From an uncultured virus (IMG/VR IMGVR_UViG_2788500287_000116) (lineage: Duplodnaviria; Heunggongvirae; Uroviricota; Caudoviricetes): a DNA stretch of 64,000 bases. Positions 9,246 to 18,104 of this stretch are shown here, piece by piece. Where the stretch lies: IMG/VR virus record IMGVR_UViG_2788500287_000116; one strand, 5' to 3'. The position numbers were made by a program, and so were the translations under genes. The notes beneath the pieces were generated by a model. The model was given only the letters and a program-made list of their open reading frames with translations, was not told the DNA's origin and searched no databases. Every line of letters begins with the position of its first letter. Position 1 is the stretch's first letter.

Positions 9246-11003
9246 TCATAGTTCTATGTTATCAAATTCTATGTCTAGTGTTTTAGATATTTCAAATGGA
9301 TTTCTTTTGTTTACAAGCCAATTAGTATTGTCCCATGCAGGATTACCTTCTTTAATTGTGGTATACCTTCCATTGTTTACATTCCATCCATAGAAAACTT
9401 GCGCTTGATTTTCTCCAAGATTACCAAACTTTACTTTTAAAACTTTAATTTTAACAGTGCCTTTTTCATAATCTCTATGCACAAGTAAACCGTGCGGACT
9501 CATGTCATAGAACTCACCACCACCCTTCACGTCGTAAAATGTGGGCTCAAACAACTTCCCTTTATCTGATTGAGGTTTTGTTGGGTGTGCAACTAAAATG
9601 CACACAACGTCATGTTTTTTACAAAAGCTATCAATTTTATTTAAATAAATATTTGTGTAGTCAGTAATACTTAAATTTAAATTCTCTTTATCTCTTACTT
9701 TGTTATATGGGTCTATCACCAAGCATCGAATACCTAACCTTTTTACTAGTTCCTCAGCTTTCTGAAGAACGTTATCTAGATTAAAACCTTGCTCATAATC
9801 AATAAAGAAAAAGTTTTTGTTAATATGCTCTAAACAAGCTAACCAGTTTTTAGTTTTTGTTTCTTTATAATTAGGTGTTGCGCCATAAAGTTTTCTAACC
9901 AACTTATCTACATGTAGGTATTGTGGGTAGTTTTCTGTAGAGGCATATGCAGTTTTCCAACCATACATCATGTTGTATCCTATAGTCATTTGGTCTACAA
10001 AATCAGACTTTCCGCTTGAAGGAAAACCTGTTACAACAATAAATTGTTTTGTGTATGTCGAAAAAATATTATCAAAACCATTTAGTCCAATCTTGTATCC
10101 ATTCTTGATACCATGCTTATAGAAATCATCAAGGTCTGCTATGACATCTGACACTCTCAAAACATTTTCTATAGGGCAAGGCACTGCTTGATTTATTGTT
10201 TCTTTTAGTTCAGCTTTACCGTATTTAATTAGGAATTCGTTTGCATCCTTACAATCTTTTAAATCAACTAAGTATATTTTATCAGAACCTAATCTTCTTA
10301 TAAACTCTTGCTTACCATTCTCCCCTGCCTCATCATTATCCAAAGCCAAGTAAATCTTTTCTTTATTTTCAAAATAACTATAGTAATCTGTTAGGTAGTC
10401 TAAATTTATTTGACCACTAGCATTGAATCCGTTTGGAACACTTATTACATTATGAACACCAGCCTCATGATATGATGCGCAATCTATCTCCCCTTCAACT
10501 ACGACACACGTGTCGGTTTCTTTTATACTGTCGATATTGTAAAAGGTTTTTTGCGCCCCTTTGTATAGCTTAAAGTTCTTACGAGAGTCCCTGTATTTAA
10601 TGTTAACTAATTGATTATCAACAAGATAGTTAAACATAATTACATTTACTTCTTTATTTACTTGTGGCATATACTCTTGGCCGTGTGAAATTTTCAGCGT
10701 GTCGATTGTTGATTTGGATATACCTCTTTTCATAAACCAACTAACAACTTTGTCCACCATTTTTATTGGCTTAGCTTTTGGTATTGTGTATTTCTTTTCC
10801 GCTAATGAAGACTTGTACGAGTGCAGCTGCAAGACTTCGCCGCAGTGCTGGCATGTACCAAGCCCTCGTTCCCAATCAAGCATTAAACATTTCTGTGTTT
10901 TCTTTTTCCTAGTGTGTGAACATTTAGGGCATGTAGATTTTTTAGCCCTTGTGTCTAAACCATAAAGGTTGAAGGTTTCTATTTCGAAGCCGTTAATTTC
11001 CAT
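9246..11003 (-). CDS. Twinkle/T7 gp4-like DNA primase-helicase
   Basis: Zn finger CPKC...CQHC; TOPRIM motifs EGEID and LDND; Walker A GFPSSGKS; SF4 motifs VIDPY and VAHP. Confidence 0.93.
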   Translation of the reverse strand: MEINGFEIETFNLYGLDTRAKKSTCPKCSHTRKKKTQKCLMLDWERGLGTCQHCGEVLQLHSYKSSLAEKKYTIPKAKPIKMVDKVVSWFMKRGISKSTIDTLKISHGQEYMPQVNKEVNVIMFNYLVDNQLVNIKYRDSRKNFKLYKGAQKTFYNIDSIKETDTCVVVEGEIDCASYHEAGVHNVISVPNGFNASGQINLDYLTDYYSYFENKEKIYLALDNDEAGENGKQEFIRRLGSDKIYLVDLKDCKDANEFLIKYGKAELKETINQAVPCPIENVLRVSDVIADLDDFYKHGIKNGYKIGLNGFDNIFSTYTKQFIVVTGFPSSGKSDFVDQMTIGYNMMYGWKTAYASTENYPQYLHVDKLVRKLYGATPNYKETKTKNWLACLEHINKNFFFIDYEQGFNLDNVLQKAEELVKRLGIRCLVIDPYNKVRDKENLNLSITDYTNIYLNKIDSFCKKHDVVCILVAHPTKPQSDKGKLFEPTFYDVKGGGEFYDMSPHGLLVHRDYEKGTVKIKVLKVKFGNLGENQAQVFYGWNVNNGRYTTIKEGNPAWDNTNWLVNKRNPFEISKTLDIEFDNIEL

Positions 11004-11685
11004 AACTTAATATTTTAAATTCAAACCCTGGCTTATCAAAAATTGTTTTGTCTTTTTCTAATTGTTTTTTTGTTCCAGATTTTAAGGCTTGACCTTTCCA
11101 TTTCCATTTATATATACCACCTGTATTCTGCACTTCTTTTTTATTATACTTTATCCAATTTATAAAATGTGTTTTATATTCACGCATGTTTCTTTTGAAA
11201 TCACTTGTCATAGATAAGTGTTCATGAAATTTTTTCAATGCAGAGTGTAGAATATCTTTGTCTATGCTTTGATTCATACATACTTGCTCAATCCAAATCG
11301 AGTTAGATAAACATTCTTTGTGGTATTTGTCGTTATTTGTAGGGTATATTGTTACAGGTTTTTTTTGTACGCTTTCTTCTACTTGGTAGCTGCTATAATT
11401 AGCTATGGTGATAAGTGTGTACTTGTTTGTCGCATCTGTAGTTATCTCTCCTGTTCTTTGTAATCGTTTTAATGATGTCCTTAGCTGTCTGATAGGTATA
11501 TCTAAATCTTTAGATAATCTTGTAAGAGAGGTTATGTATTGTCCTTTCTTTACAGATACACCCATAAATTTGCATTTATCAAAACATGCGTTTAAAAGTA
11601 AATGTATAAATACGTTTTTTGTGTTTTTATCTCTATACCATTCCCAATCTAGAATGCTCCTGTGCAACTTTATGTACCCTTTCAT
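10993..11685 (-). CDS. Phage replication initiator / replisome organiser (winged HTH)
   Basis: N-terminus MKGYIKLHRSILDWEWY, HTH SLTRLSKDL...RTSLKRL, adjacent to the primase-helicase. The ATG at 11685 is preferred as the start. Confidence 0.75.
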   Translation of the reverse strand: MKGYIKLHRSILDWEWYRDKNTKNVFIHLLLNACFDKCKFMGVSVKKGQYITSLTRLSKDLDIPIRQLRTSLKRLQRTGEITTDATNKYTLITIANYSSYQVEESVQKKPVTIYPTNNDKYHKECLSNSIWIEQVCMNQSIDKDILHSALKKFHEHLSMTSDFKRNMREYKTHFINWIKYNKKEVQNTGGIYKWKWKGQALKSGTKKQLEKDKTIFDKPGFEFKILSYGN

Positions 11686-12178
11686 TTGTTTGTTTTTGAT
11701 TCTCAATTAAGTTTTTTAAGTCTTCAATGTTTTTGTATTCGTATACCTCTGATATAAGATTTGTCAATTGTTCTAAATATTCACAATTTTTTTCATAAAA
11801 TATTTTATCTAATACTTTTGAAATATATTGTGCGCTTTGTGCTGAGATATATTTATCATATGAAATTTGTTTTACGATTTCCATGTCTATATCTTCAACT
11901 AATTTTTTAAATGTCTTATCAGAAAAAATTAAGTTCTTAACTTTCTTTTTACTGTGTAAAACTGCTGCATGATGGTGCGCTCTTTTTCTTCCCATTTTCG
12001 TACTGAAGTCGCCAATAATTCTAAGTTTAGTATTTGTATGTTTCATGCACATATAATGAAATACTGCTCTTATATCAGCAACTTCTTGTCTTTTTGAGTT
12101 TTGAAATATGAACTCAATGTTGACCTCATACTTATCGGCAACAATTTTTGCTATTTTATAAATTGTGGTTTCTTTCAT
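11633..12178 (-). CDS. Protein with DnaA C-terminal (domain IV)-like HTH
   Basis: IAKIVADKYEV...SKRQEVADIRAVFHY...IG...HHAAVLHSKKKV parallels the DnaA domain IV signature. Confidence 0.7.
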   Translation of the reverse strand: MKETTIYKIAKIVADKYEVNIEFIFQNSKRQEVADIRAVFHYMCMKHTNTKLRIIGDFSTKMGRKRAHHHAAVLHSKKKVKNLIFSDKTFKKLVEDIDMEIVKQISYDKYISAQSAQYISKVLDKIFYEKNCEYLEQLTNLISEVYEYKNIEDLKNLIENQKQTNERVHKVAQEHSRLGMV

Positions 12179-12188
12179 TTGATTTAAT

Positions 12189-12256
12189 AAAAAAGGGGGG
12201 CCAAGGATGTAGTAAACGAACTATCTAAATTATGATTATGACTTACAAGCCCCCCT
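12189..12256 (-). ncRNA. Terminator-like stem enclosing a 47-nt region antisense to start codons
   Basis: 8-bp AGGGGGGC/GCCCCCCT stem with a U tract. The enclosed RNA contains GUCAUAAUCAUAAUUU. Confidence 0.5.
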
Positions 12257-12261
12257 ATGAT

Positions 12262-12591
12262 TTAAAATGGTAAATCGTCAAAGTCTGAGTCAGAGGCCTG
12301 CGATGTCGCATCTGTCGTAGCAGGTGATGATTGTGAATCTTTTTGACCTTTGACAATTTTGCCATCAGTCCAAATGACACTGCCATTACCAAGATAATGC
12401 TTGTCGGCTTTTCTTTCTCTTTCCTCCTGTGATTGTTGCATGGTAATTGTTACGTTTTTACCATACTTTGATTCATCATTTACAGATATTAAGACTGGTA
12501 TATAACTATCTTTTTCACCCTTAATGATTTTTGTTTTGTCAATTTTCTTCAATTCTGAAGCCTTGATTGACGCTGAAATTAATGTACTCAT
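12262..12591 (-). CDS. Probable single-stranded DNA-binding protein
   Basis: Acidic C-terminal tail DFDDLPF after a flexible linker, located in the recombination module. Confidence 0.7.
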   Translation of the reverse strand: MSTLISASIKASELKKIDKTKIIKGEKDSYIPVLISVNDESKYGKNVTITMQQSQEERERKADKHYLGNGSVIWTDGKIVKGQKDSQSSPATTDATSQASDSDFDDLPF

Positions 12592-12607
12592 ATTTATATA
12601 TTTAAAA

Positions 12608-12715
12608 TTAAATTTTTAGTAAGCTATAAGCTATAATCATACAAAAGATTATAACCATTATACGTTCCATCCACGAATCTAAAGAATCGTATTTAGTGTT
12701 TCTATATTTCTTCAT
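12608..12715 (-). CDS. Small membrane peptide (35 aa)
   Basis: MKKYRNTKYDSLDSWMERIMVIIFCMIIAYSLLKI; fills the intergenic gap. Confidence 0.4.
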   Translation of the reverse strand: MKKYRNTKYDSLDSWMERIMVIIFCMIIAYSLLKI

Positions 12716-13427
12716 ACTTCATAAAATCTTTTAGCTTGTCTGTTTTATCTAGGAAATACTTTTTATAGTTATCCTCTGCTTGTTCTACTTTTTCTTGCCC
12801 TTTGGTATATGAATTATCGGACACATCAAACAAACCAATACAACCTGTCTTCTTTTCGATGACTATGAACCTCATCGGTTTTTGAAACATTTTTGAGTAT
12901 ATGAAGGCTTGTGAATCATAATTATATGTAAAAAAACTATGACGGAAACCTTTCAAATTACTTGTAGTTTTTATGTCGTACAACCAGTCGTTAGTAACTA
13001 TGTCGGCTTTACACTTCCATTCTATGTTGTTGTCTGTAAGTACATCGACGTTAGGGACTTCAAATTGTACATCAGGATTGTTCAATACTTCTGCGACAAA
13101 CTCGTTGTCTTTAGCTTTGTTGACTTCATTTATAAGCTGCTCCGCTTCGCTTTCCAGAAGCATCATATCCAGATTCTTTTCTGCTAAAGCCTCTTTGTAT
13201 ATGTTTGTTCTCCTTGAACTACACGAAATAAACTGTGGCTTTGTGCCAAACATCAACATCTCATGAAATGCTTGTCCATATTCAAAAGCTACACTTTGTT
13301 CCTTCGGCTTTTGAAAGTCGTTAGGATTGTTGATTAAGTCGTATATGTCGGAATTAGATAAATACTTTTTACCTAACTCGCCGTAATAGTTCTTATCATC
13401 TTTAAGTTGTTCAATTATTTTTTCCAT
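12702..13427 (-). CDS. RecE/DUF3799-like PD-(D/E)XK exonuclease
   Basis: Motifs LSNS, GQAFH, KCKADI, YDIKTT and YDSQAFIY. Confidence 0.85.
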   Translation of the reverse strand: MEKIIEQLKDDKNYYGELGKKYLSNSDIYDLINNPNDFQKPKEQSVAFEYGQAFHEMLMFGTKPQFISCSSRRTNIYKEALAEKNLDMMLLESEAEQLINEVNKAKDNEFVAEVLNNPDVQFEVPNVDVLTDNNIEWKCKADIVTNDWLYDIKTTSNLKGFRHSFFTYNYDSQAFIYSKMFQKPMRFIVIEKKTGCIGLFDVSDNSYTKGQEKVEQAEDNYKKYFLDKTDKLKDFMKYEEI

Positions 13428-13891
13428 ACCTGTGCCTCCTGTCTTTTGAAGTCTTCGCTTTCATCTTCACCAAACACACCTAGTTCATAGAAACCAGTCA
13501 ATTTTAAGACTGCTCTACTCATTGCGCGTTTTTCTGCCATTTCCATAACATACCAAGTGTTACAGTTTCCAACTCTTGTTTGTTTTATATCATCTACAAG
13601 ATTGCCCTCAGAATCTTTCTTCTTTATTATCTCTTGCTTATACTCTTGAATCAGTGCGGAGCCAAATGTCTGTATATTTTTATTGCCATCGTATCCGTGT
13701 GAAGCTCTTGCTTTTACGACACAGAAGTTAGCTTCACAGTTTATAACGTCATATTCGATATGTATTGCTGCTTGTGCTTGTATTTTATCAATACCACTCC
13801 TGGTGATGATTACGTAATGTTGATGCTTGAAAACATCACTTTTGTCTAGACCATACTTTTTGTATAGTTCTTTTAGTTTTTCGATTTTCAT
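13415..13891 (-). CDS. Putative single-strand annealing protein (recombinase)
   Basis: MAEKRAMSRAVLK and FGEDE motifs; directly upstream of the exonuclease and SSB. Confidence 0.45.
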   Translation of the reverse strand: MKIEKLKELYKKYGLDKSDVFKHQHYVIITRSGIDKIQAQAAIHIEYDVINCEANFCVVKARASHGYDGNKNIQTFGSALIQEYKQEIIKKKDSEGNLVDDIKQTRVGNCNTWYVMEMAEKRAMSRAVLKLTGFYELGVFGEDESEDFKRQEAQVWKK

Positions 13892-13932
13892 AATATTAAA
13901 TTAAATTATTAACAATAATACGCAATATAATG

Positions 13933-14355
13933 TTAGTATCCTAACAAAGTGCGTAATTTTTTTATTCTGCGTAAGGTTTTTCTGAAATAAAATTCTTTTT
14001 CCTTTTCGCTTTTTTTTGCGATAGCTATATGAAACATATTCCTATTTATAGCTATGGATTCAACAGTGTTTTTTGTAGCTAAATCTTGTGCAAATTGTTC
14101 GACACCAACATGTATCATGTCCGCTATCTCGTAATTTGAAAGTGGTCTGTATATGTCTGTTGAGGTATCAAAAATTTCCATTGTAAAACTTTTTGTGTTG
14201 GATTGATTCTTAATAGAACTTTTACTTATCTTGATTGTTTTATAAAAAATATGTGTAGTCGGTGGAAAATTAACTATTTTTGAGTTTCTGTTACTAGCAA
14301 GCAAGTTCCATGCTTTGTCTAGCAAGCGATTTCGTTCTCTTATTTTTTCTATCAT
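13933..14355 (-). CDS. Hypothetical protein
   Basis: 140-aa ORF coupled to the upstream ORF. Confidence 0.6.
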   Translation of the reverse strand: MIEKIRERNRLLDKAWNLLASNRNSKIVNFPPTTHIFYKTIKISKSSIKNQSNTKSFTMEIFDTSTDIYRPLSNYEIADMIHVGVEQFAQDLATKNTVESIAINRNMFHIAIAKKSEKEKEFYFRKTLRRIKKLRTLLGY

Positions 14356-14612
14356 TTTTGAAAATTGTGAATTGTATAATTGATTAAATTGATTACTGTC
14401 TGCCCAATTATTTCAGCATTCTTAGTTTCTAGTTCTTGAGCCAACCTGATATCATTAGGTTTTTTTGTACCTAATTTTACGCCATGATGCTTCATTTCAG
14501 CATGTGTAACGCGTTTTGTAATTTTATTGATGGTATTGTAAACTGCTTGAAAAACCTTATCATTTTTTTCATGTGAGAGTAAGGTAGAATGTAGGTAGTC
14601 TGGTGCTTTCAT
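14352..14612 (-). CDS. Hypothetical protein
   Basis: 86-aa ORF; TAAATTTG box at 14618-14625. Confidence 0.6.
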   Translation of the reverse strand: MKAPDYLHSTLLSHEKNDKVFQAVYNTINKITKRVTHAEMKHHGVKLGTKKPNDIRLAQELETKNAEIIGQTVINLINYTIHNFQK

Positions 14613-14640
14613 ATTAACAAATTTAATAAATTTTTGTGAA

Positions 14641-14967
14641 TTAATCTAATTTTAATGTATCTTTCTTTATAACTAGGCTGTCTTTACGTGCCAATATTAA
14701 CCCATTATATGTAGGCGAAAGTATTGTATCTATGTTTGTCGTGCCGTAATAATAGGTATCAACTTTTCGATAATATGTGTTATAAAATTGTTCGTGTGTT
14801 ACAAGTGGCGGCATCTGTGATTTACAGGATGCAACCAGCAGCAATAGGCATAAAATCACGACAATGTTCCATATAAATGTTGCGGTGTCGTATCTGTCGT
14901 ATCTGTCGTATCTGTCGGATTTGCCGTCGCGTCTGTCGTATCTGTAGTGATTGTGATTTTGATTCAT
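14641..14967 (-). CDS. Putative lipoprotein / membrane protein with N-terminal RYD repeats
   Basis: Hydrophobic stretch ending LLVASC (lipobox-like). Confidence 0.5.
   Translation of the reverse strand: MNQNHNHYRYDRRDGKSDRYDRYDRYDTATFIWNIVVILCLLLLVASCKSQMPPLVTHEQFYNTYYRKVDTYYYGTTNIDTILSPTYNGLILARKDSLVIKKDTLKLD
14886..14945. repeat. 9-bp tandem repeat TGTCGTATC (four perfect copies plus degenerate ones)
   Basis: Read directly: tgtcgtatc x3, tgtcggatt, tgccgtcgcgtc, tgtcgtatc. Confidence 0.85.
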
Positions 14968-14976
14968 AATTTTTTT

Positions 14977-15219
14977 TTATTTATTAGCGTCCATGTTTTC
15001 TATTTTTAGTTGTTTTTCTGCATTACTTTGCATATATCTATTTAGCATTTTTTCGAGAAACTTTATTTGTCTAGTAGATGCTTGTAATAGTGTGATAGCA
15101 GATACAAGTATTTCTTTTTCGTCTGTAGTTTTGTATAGCCATTTTTTTGGCTCTTTGCCAAACAATGCTGTGTCGTTTTCACGCATTGCTTTGTTGATGC
15201 TTTTGATAAGTGCGTCCAT
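14977..15219 (-). CDS. Hypothetical coiled-coil protein
   Basis: 80-aa ORF. Confidence 0.55.
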   Translation of the reverse strand: MDALIKSINKAMRENDTALFGKEPKKWLYKTTDEKEILVSAITLLQASTRQIKFLEKMLNRYMQSNAEKQLKIENMDANK

Positions 15220-15231
15220 TGTTTTGATTTA

Positions 15232-15381
15232 TTAGTTAATATTTAATGCTCTCAATTTGAACATTGCTTCTTCATATTTTGCTACGATTTTATCATAGTC
15301 AATATGTTTTACACCATCAGCATCCACCCAATAGTGTATTGGAATGGTTAAGACGGATGGTAAAAAGTTTTCTGATTCCAT
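15232..15381 (-). CDS. Small hypothetical protein (49 aa, MESENFLPSV...)
   Basis: ATTATG start; fills the gap between neighbours. Confidence 0.5.
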   Translation of the reverse strand: MESENFLPSVLTIPIHYWVDADGVKHIDYDKIVAKYEEAMFKLRALNIN

Positions 15382-15383
15382 AA

Positions 15384-15497
15384 TTAATTAGTTAATAAGT
15401 GTGACTTGATGATTATATAAATGATTGTGATTAGCATTCCTAAATAAGATAGGAATGTTGCGTAAACTTTTGCTTTGTATTTTTTGTCGTCTTTCAT
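15384..15497 (-). CDS. Small membrane peptide (MKDDKKYKAK...)
   Basis: ATTATG start at 15497; one hydrophobic helix. Confidence 0.5.
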   Translation of the reverse strand: MKDDKKYKAKVYATFLSYLGMLITIIYIIIKSHLLTN

Positions 15498-15499
15498 AA

Positions 15500-15583
15500 T
15501 TAGTATTTTAGGAAGTATAGCCATAAAAGGATATACAATATAATAAATTCTATTATTCTTATTAAGTATTTTTTTATTTTCAT
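15500..15583 (-). CDS. Small membrane peptide (27 aa, MKIKKYLIRIIEFIILYILLWLYFLKY)
   Basis: Its ATG overlaps the stop of the 839-aa ORF. Confidence 0.4.
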   Translation of the reverse strand: MKIKKYLIRIIEFIILYILLWLYFLKY

Positions 15584-18102
15584 TATTCTTGATTTTGTTG
15601 TTGTAATAGTTCTGTATAAAAACCATCATCGTTGTTATATTCTTCTAGATAGCTGTCAATGTCTTCTTGTGGTGTATTTGTATAACATAACACATATGAA
15701 CCTTCTTGATTGGTATCGAGACTGTGGTACATATTTTCCGTATTATCAATATGTGTGTATGACCCTGTTACCTCACAGTAGTGGCTATCATCTATATGTA
15801 TATTGAAGTCTTCCCATTCGTCGTAGACTGTATCATCATTACTGTAATAATCTTGTGCATTACCATTGCTGTCGTGTGTTAGAGTACAGTTACGTATGTG
15901 TGCGTGTTGTTGTGTGCTTTCATTGAATACAACGTCCTCGCTAAATTCTGTGTGATATTCCCCTTCGTCTTCAAGCCATACCGAATCATCATGATATATG
16001 TAATCATTTACGTCTTCAGCAAATACAGCTTCACTTTCGTGTATCCATTCACTGTGTGTTTCAGACCACCTGCATTCATCTTCTGGATATTCAGTTTCGT
16101 TGATGATTACCATACCCTCCACTGTGGGATGAGATTGTCTATGTTCATGCATACCTGTGAAGCCTCGTACCTGTCCACTTGTAGATGTGAGAATAAACTT
16201 GTTCCATTCTTCTACATGCCATTCTCGTATTTTGTCAACACGGTTTGTTAGTGTTACTGTGTCAAATGTTTTGTTTACATATGCGTGTTTCATTGTGTCA
16301 ACATATGGAACGTACTTTGGATAGTCGTATGGTATTTGTAACCATAATGTCAAATCGCATTCATCACCTTGAGGTGTGTACAAGAGCTCACCTTCTTCAT
16401 ATGATTGATAGCGTTTGTAGTACATATTGTTTTTTTCAGCGTAACCTTTGAATGCGCTGATTGTTTTATCGTTACCATATATTCTGTCCATGAACGTGAT
16501 TTCTTGGACACCTGATGATTCTGGTAAAGATGCATTGAGTTTCCATATCAATGCACGACCTGTTACGTGGCCGTCTTCGTTCAGTGATATTAGTAGTTTA
16601 CAATGTTTTTCATACAAGTCAAAGAATTTTGTACATGAGTCATAACGCATACATGAGCTGGATAGTGAGCCTGTATTATCGTTTGAGTATGTTTGATAAT
16701 GATAGTATTTGGTTATGTCTGAACCCTCAACAATTTTGAATGTATCGGTAAACGTATAAACACTTTTGATGTGGTTTTGTATGATTTCAATAGCATAGTC
16801 TGGTATATCAATTAGTTTGTATGCTAGTAGTTTTTTGATTGCTTTACCAAACTTTGTCACTTGTCGACCGTTACCAGATAGCCATGTGAAATTACTGGTT
16901 AGTATTGTTGGCTTGCCTGCTGGTGTGTATGTGCATTGTCCACGGTTGTTGATTGTGAAATGTCTATCATGTTGTATTGAACATTGATGTTTTGATAGTA
17001 AGTTGAAATATTGCCATGCAATAGCATAATCAACTTGTGCCTGTGCATTTGGTATTTTTTTGGGTTTACGCGTCTCGATATATTTGCATGCTTGTAGCAG
17101 CGTTGAGTGTAGTGAGCGTGATATAAATGAGTTAGGTATATCAGCGGTGTCTGGATTTAGATGAATTGAATACTTTGAATATTTCAGCATTCCTTTATCG
17201 AAACCTATAAAGAAACAATTACCTGGCCGACCACCACCCAAATCGATTGATTGTAGAAGTTTTGATATGCGGTGATATGCAGGAAATTTAGACATTACAC
17301 TATGATTGTGCATATTCATAAATCTAAATTCAAAGTTGTGTGTAGAATTATTCATTGAGTGTAAATGTTTTACGTCTGCAAAGTGTAAGTATTGTTGAAA
17401 CCCTTTTATTACATTACGATACATTTTTGCATGAAACATAAATATTTTGTTGTAAAGTAGGTTTGCAGTATTGTAGTGCCATTTACAGTATTCAATGGTT
17501 GTTTCAGATTGATTGGAATATACAATGTCCATGTAATCGAGCATACTTTGATGTATATCGCAATCTGTTGCAAATTTGTCTGGTGTAATATGCCATGTAT
17601 ACATATTTGCTACCCATGTACGATTGCTATCATTTGTTAGATTGCTTTGGTACAGATGTTTGAATTTTTCATGTCTTGTTTCGTTAGTGAGTTGTCTGAT
17701 ATCACGTTCAGTTAGTATGTCTTTGAGACCGTGACGTATAAGTTTTTGAACGTTAGTTGACATAATAGTCCTGTCTGAAGATATTACTGCTTCACCCAAA
17801 TCATTCAACCATGATGGTACTTTCACTCGTTTTTGGTAACTAGCAGTTTGTATACCATTGATTATGTTCACGTAGTCTTCAATCTTGAAGCGTATTTTAC
17901 TGATGATTTGTTTTACAGTGATGTACGCAGTATAATCTCGTCGTAGTATACGATGAATAATATTTGTTAGATATTTTTTTTCAGTGTACGATAAATGGCT
18001 AGCTCTTTTGATTAGATGTAGCCACACGTCTGCAGTAAACGTTGTATCTTTTGGCAAGAAGCATAGTTCACGTTTGTTTGTTGATATGAGTTTGAATGAC
18101 AT
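15583..18102 (-). CDS. Large early phage protein with SSCM / GRALIW / MDRIY / PYVDT motifs and an acidic repetitive C-terminus
   Basis: 839-aa ORF. The motif set is one I recognise from an uncharacterised phage protein family. Confidence 0.65.
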   Translation of the reverse strand: MSFKLISTNKRELCFLPKDTTFTADVWLHLIKRASHLSYTEKKYLTNIIHRILRRDYTAYITVKQIISKIRFKIEDYVNIINGIQTASYQKRVKVPSWLNDLGEAVISSDRTIMSTNVQKLIRHGLKDILTERDIRQLTNETRHEKFKHLYQSNLTNDSNRTWVANMYTWHITPDKFATDCDIHQSMLDYMDIVYSNQSETTIEYCKWHYNTANLLYNKIFMFHAKMYRNVIKGFQQYLHFADVKHLHSMNNSTHNFEFRFMNMHNHSVMSKFPAYHRISKLLQSIDLGGGRPGNCFFIGFDKGMLKYSKYSIHLNPDTADIPNSFISRSLHSTLLQACKYIETRKPKKIPNAQAQVDYAIAWQYFNLLSKHQCSIQHDRHFTINNRGQCTYTPAGKPTILTSNFTWLSGNGRQVTKFGKAIKKLLAYKLIDIPDYAIEIIQNHIKSVYTFTDTFKIVEGSDITKYYHYQTYSNDNTGSLSSSCMRYDSCTKFFDLYEKHCKLLISLNEDGHVTGRALIWKLNASLPESSGVQEITFMDRIYGNDKTISAFKGYAEKNNMYYKRYQSYEEGELLYTPQGDECDLTLWLQIPYDYPKYVPYVDTMKHAYVNKTFDTVTLTNRVDKIREWHVEEWNKFILTSTSGQVRGFTGMHEHRQSHPTVEGMVIINETEYPEDECRWSETHSEWIHESEAVFAEDVNDYIYHDDSVWLEDEGEYHTEFSEDVVFNESTQQHAHIRNCTLTHDSNGNAQDYYSNDDTVYDEWEDFNIHIDDSHYCEVTGSYTHIDNTENMYHSLDTNQEGSYVLCYTNTPQEDIDSYLEEYNNDDGFYTELLQQQNQE

Positions 18103-18104
18103 AA

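Noticed and set aside
9157..9249. 30-aa ORF and AAGCCTA/TAGGCTT hairpin
   Set aside because: Either reading is possible (coupled peptide or plus-strand terminator), but there is too little support to call.
14886..14945. Possible CRISPR-like mini-array
   Set aside because: The 9-bp units are directly tandem with no spacers, and there are no cas genes.
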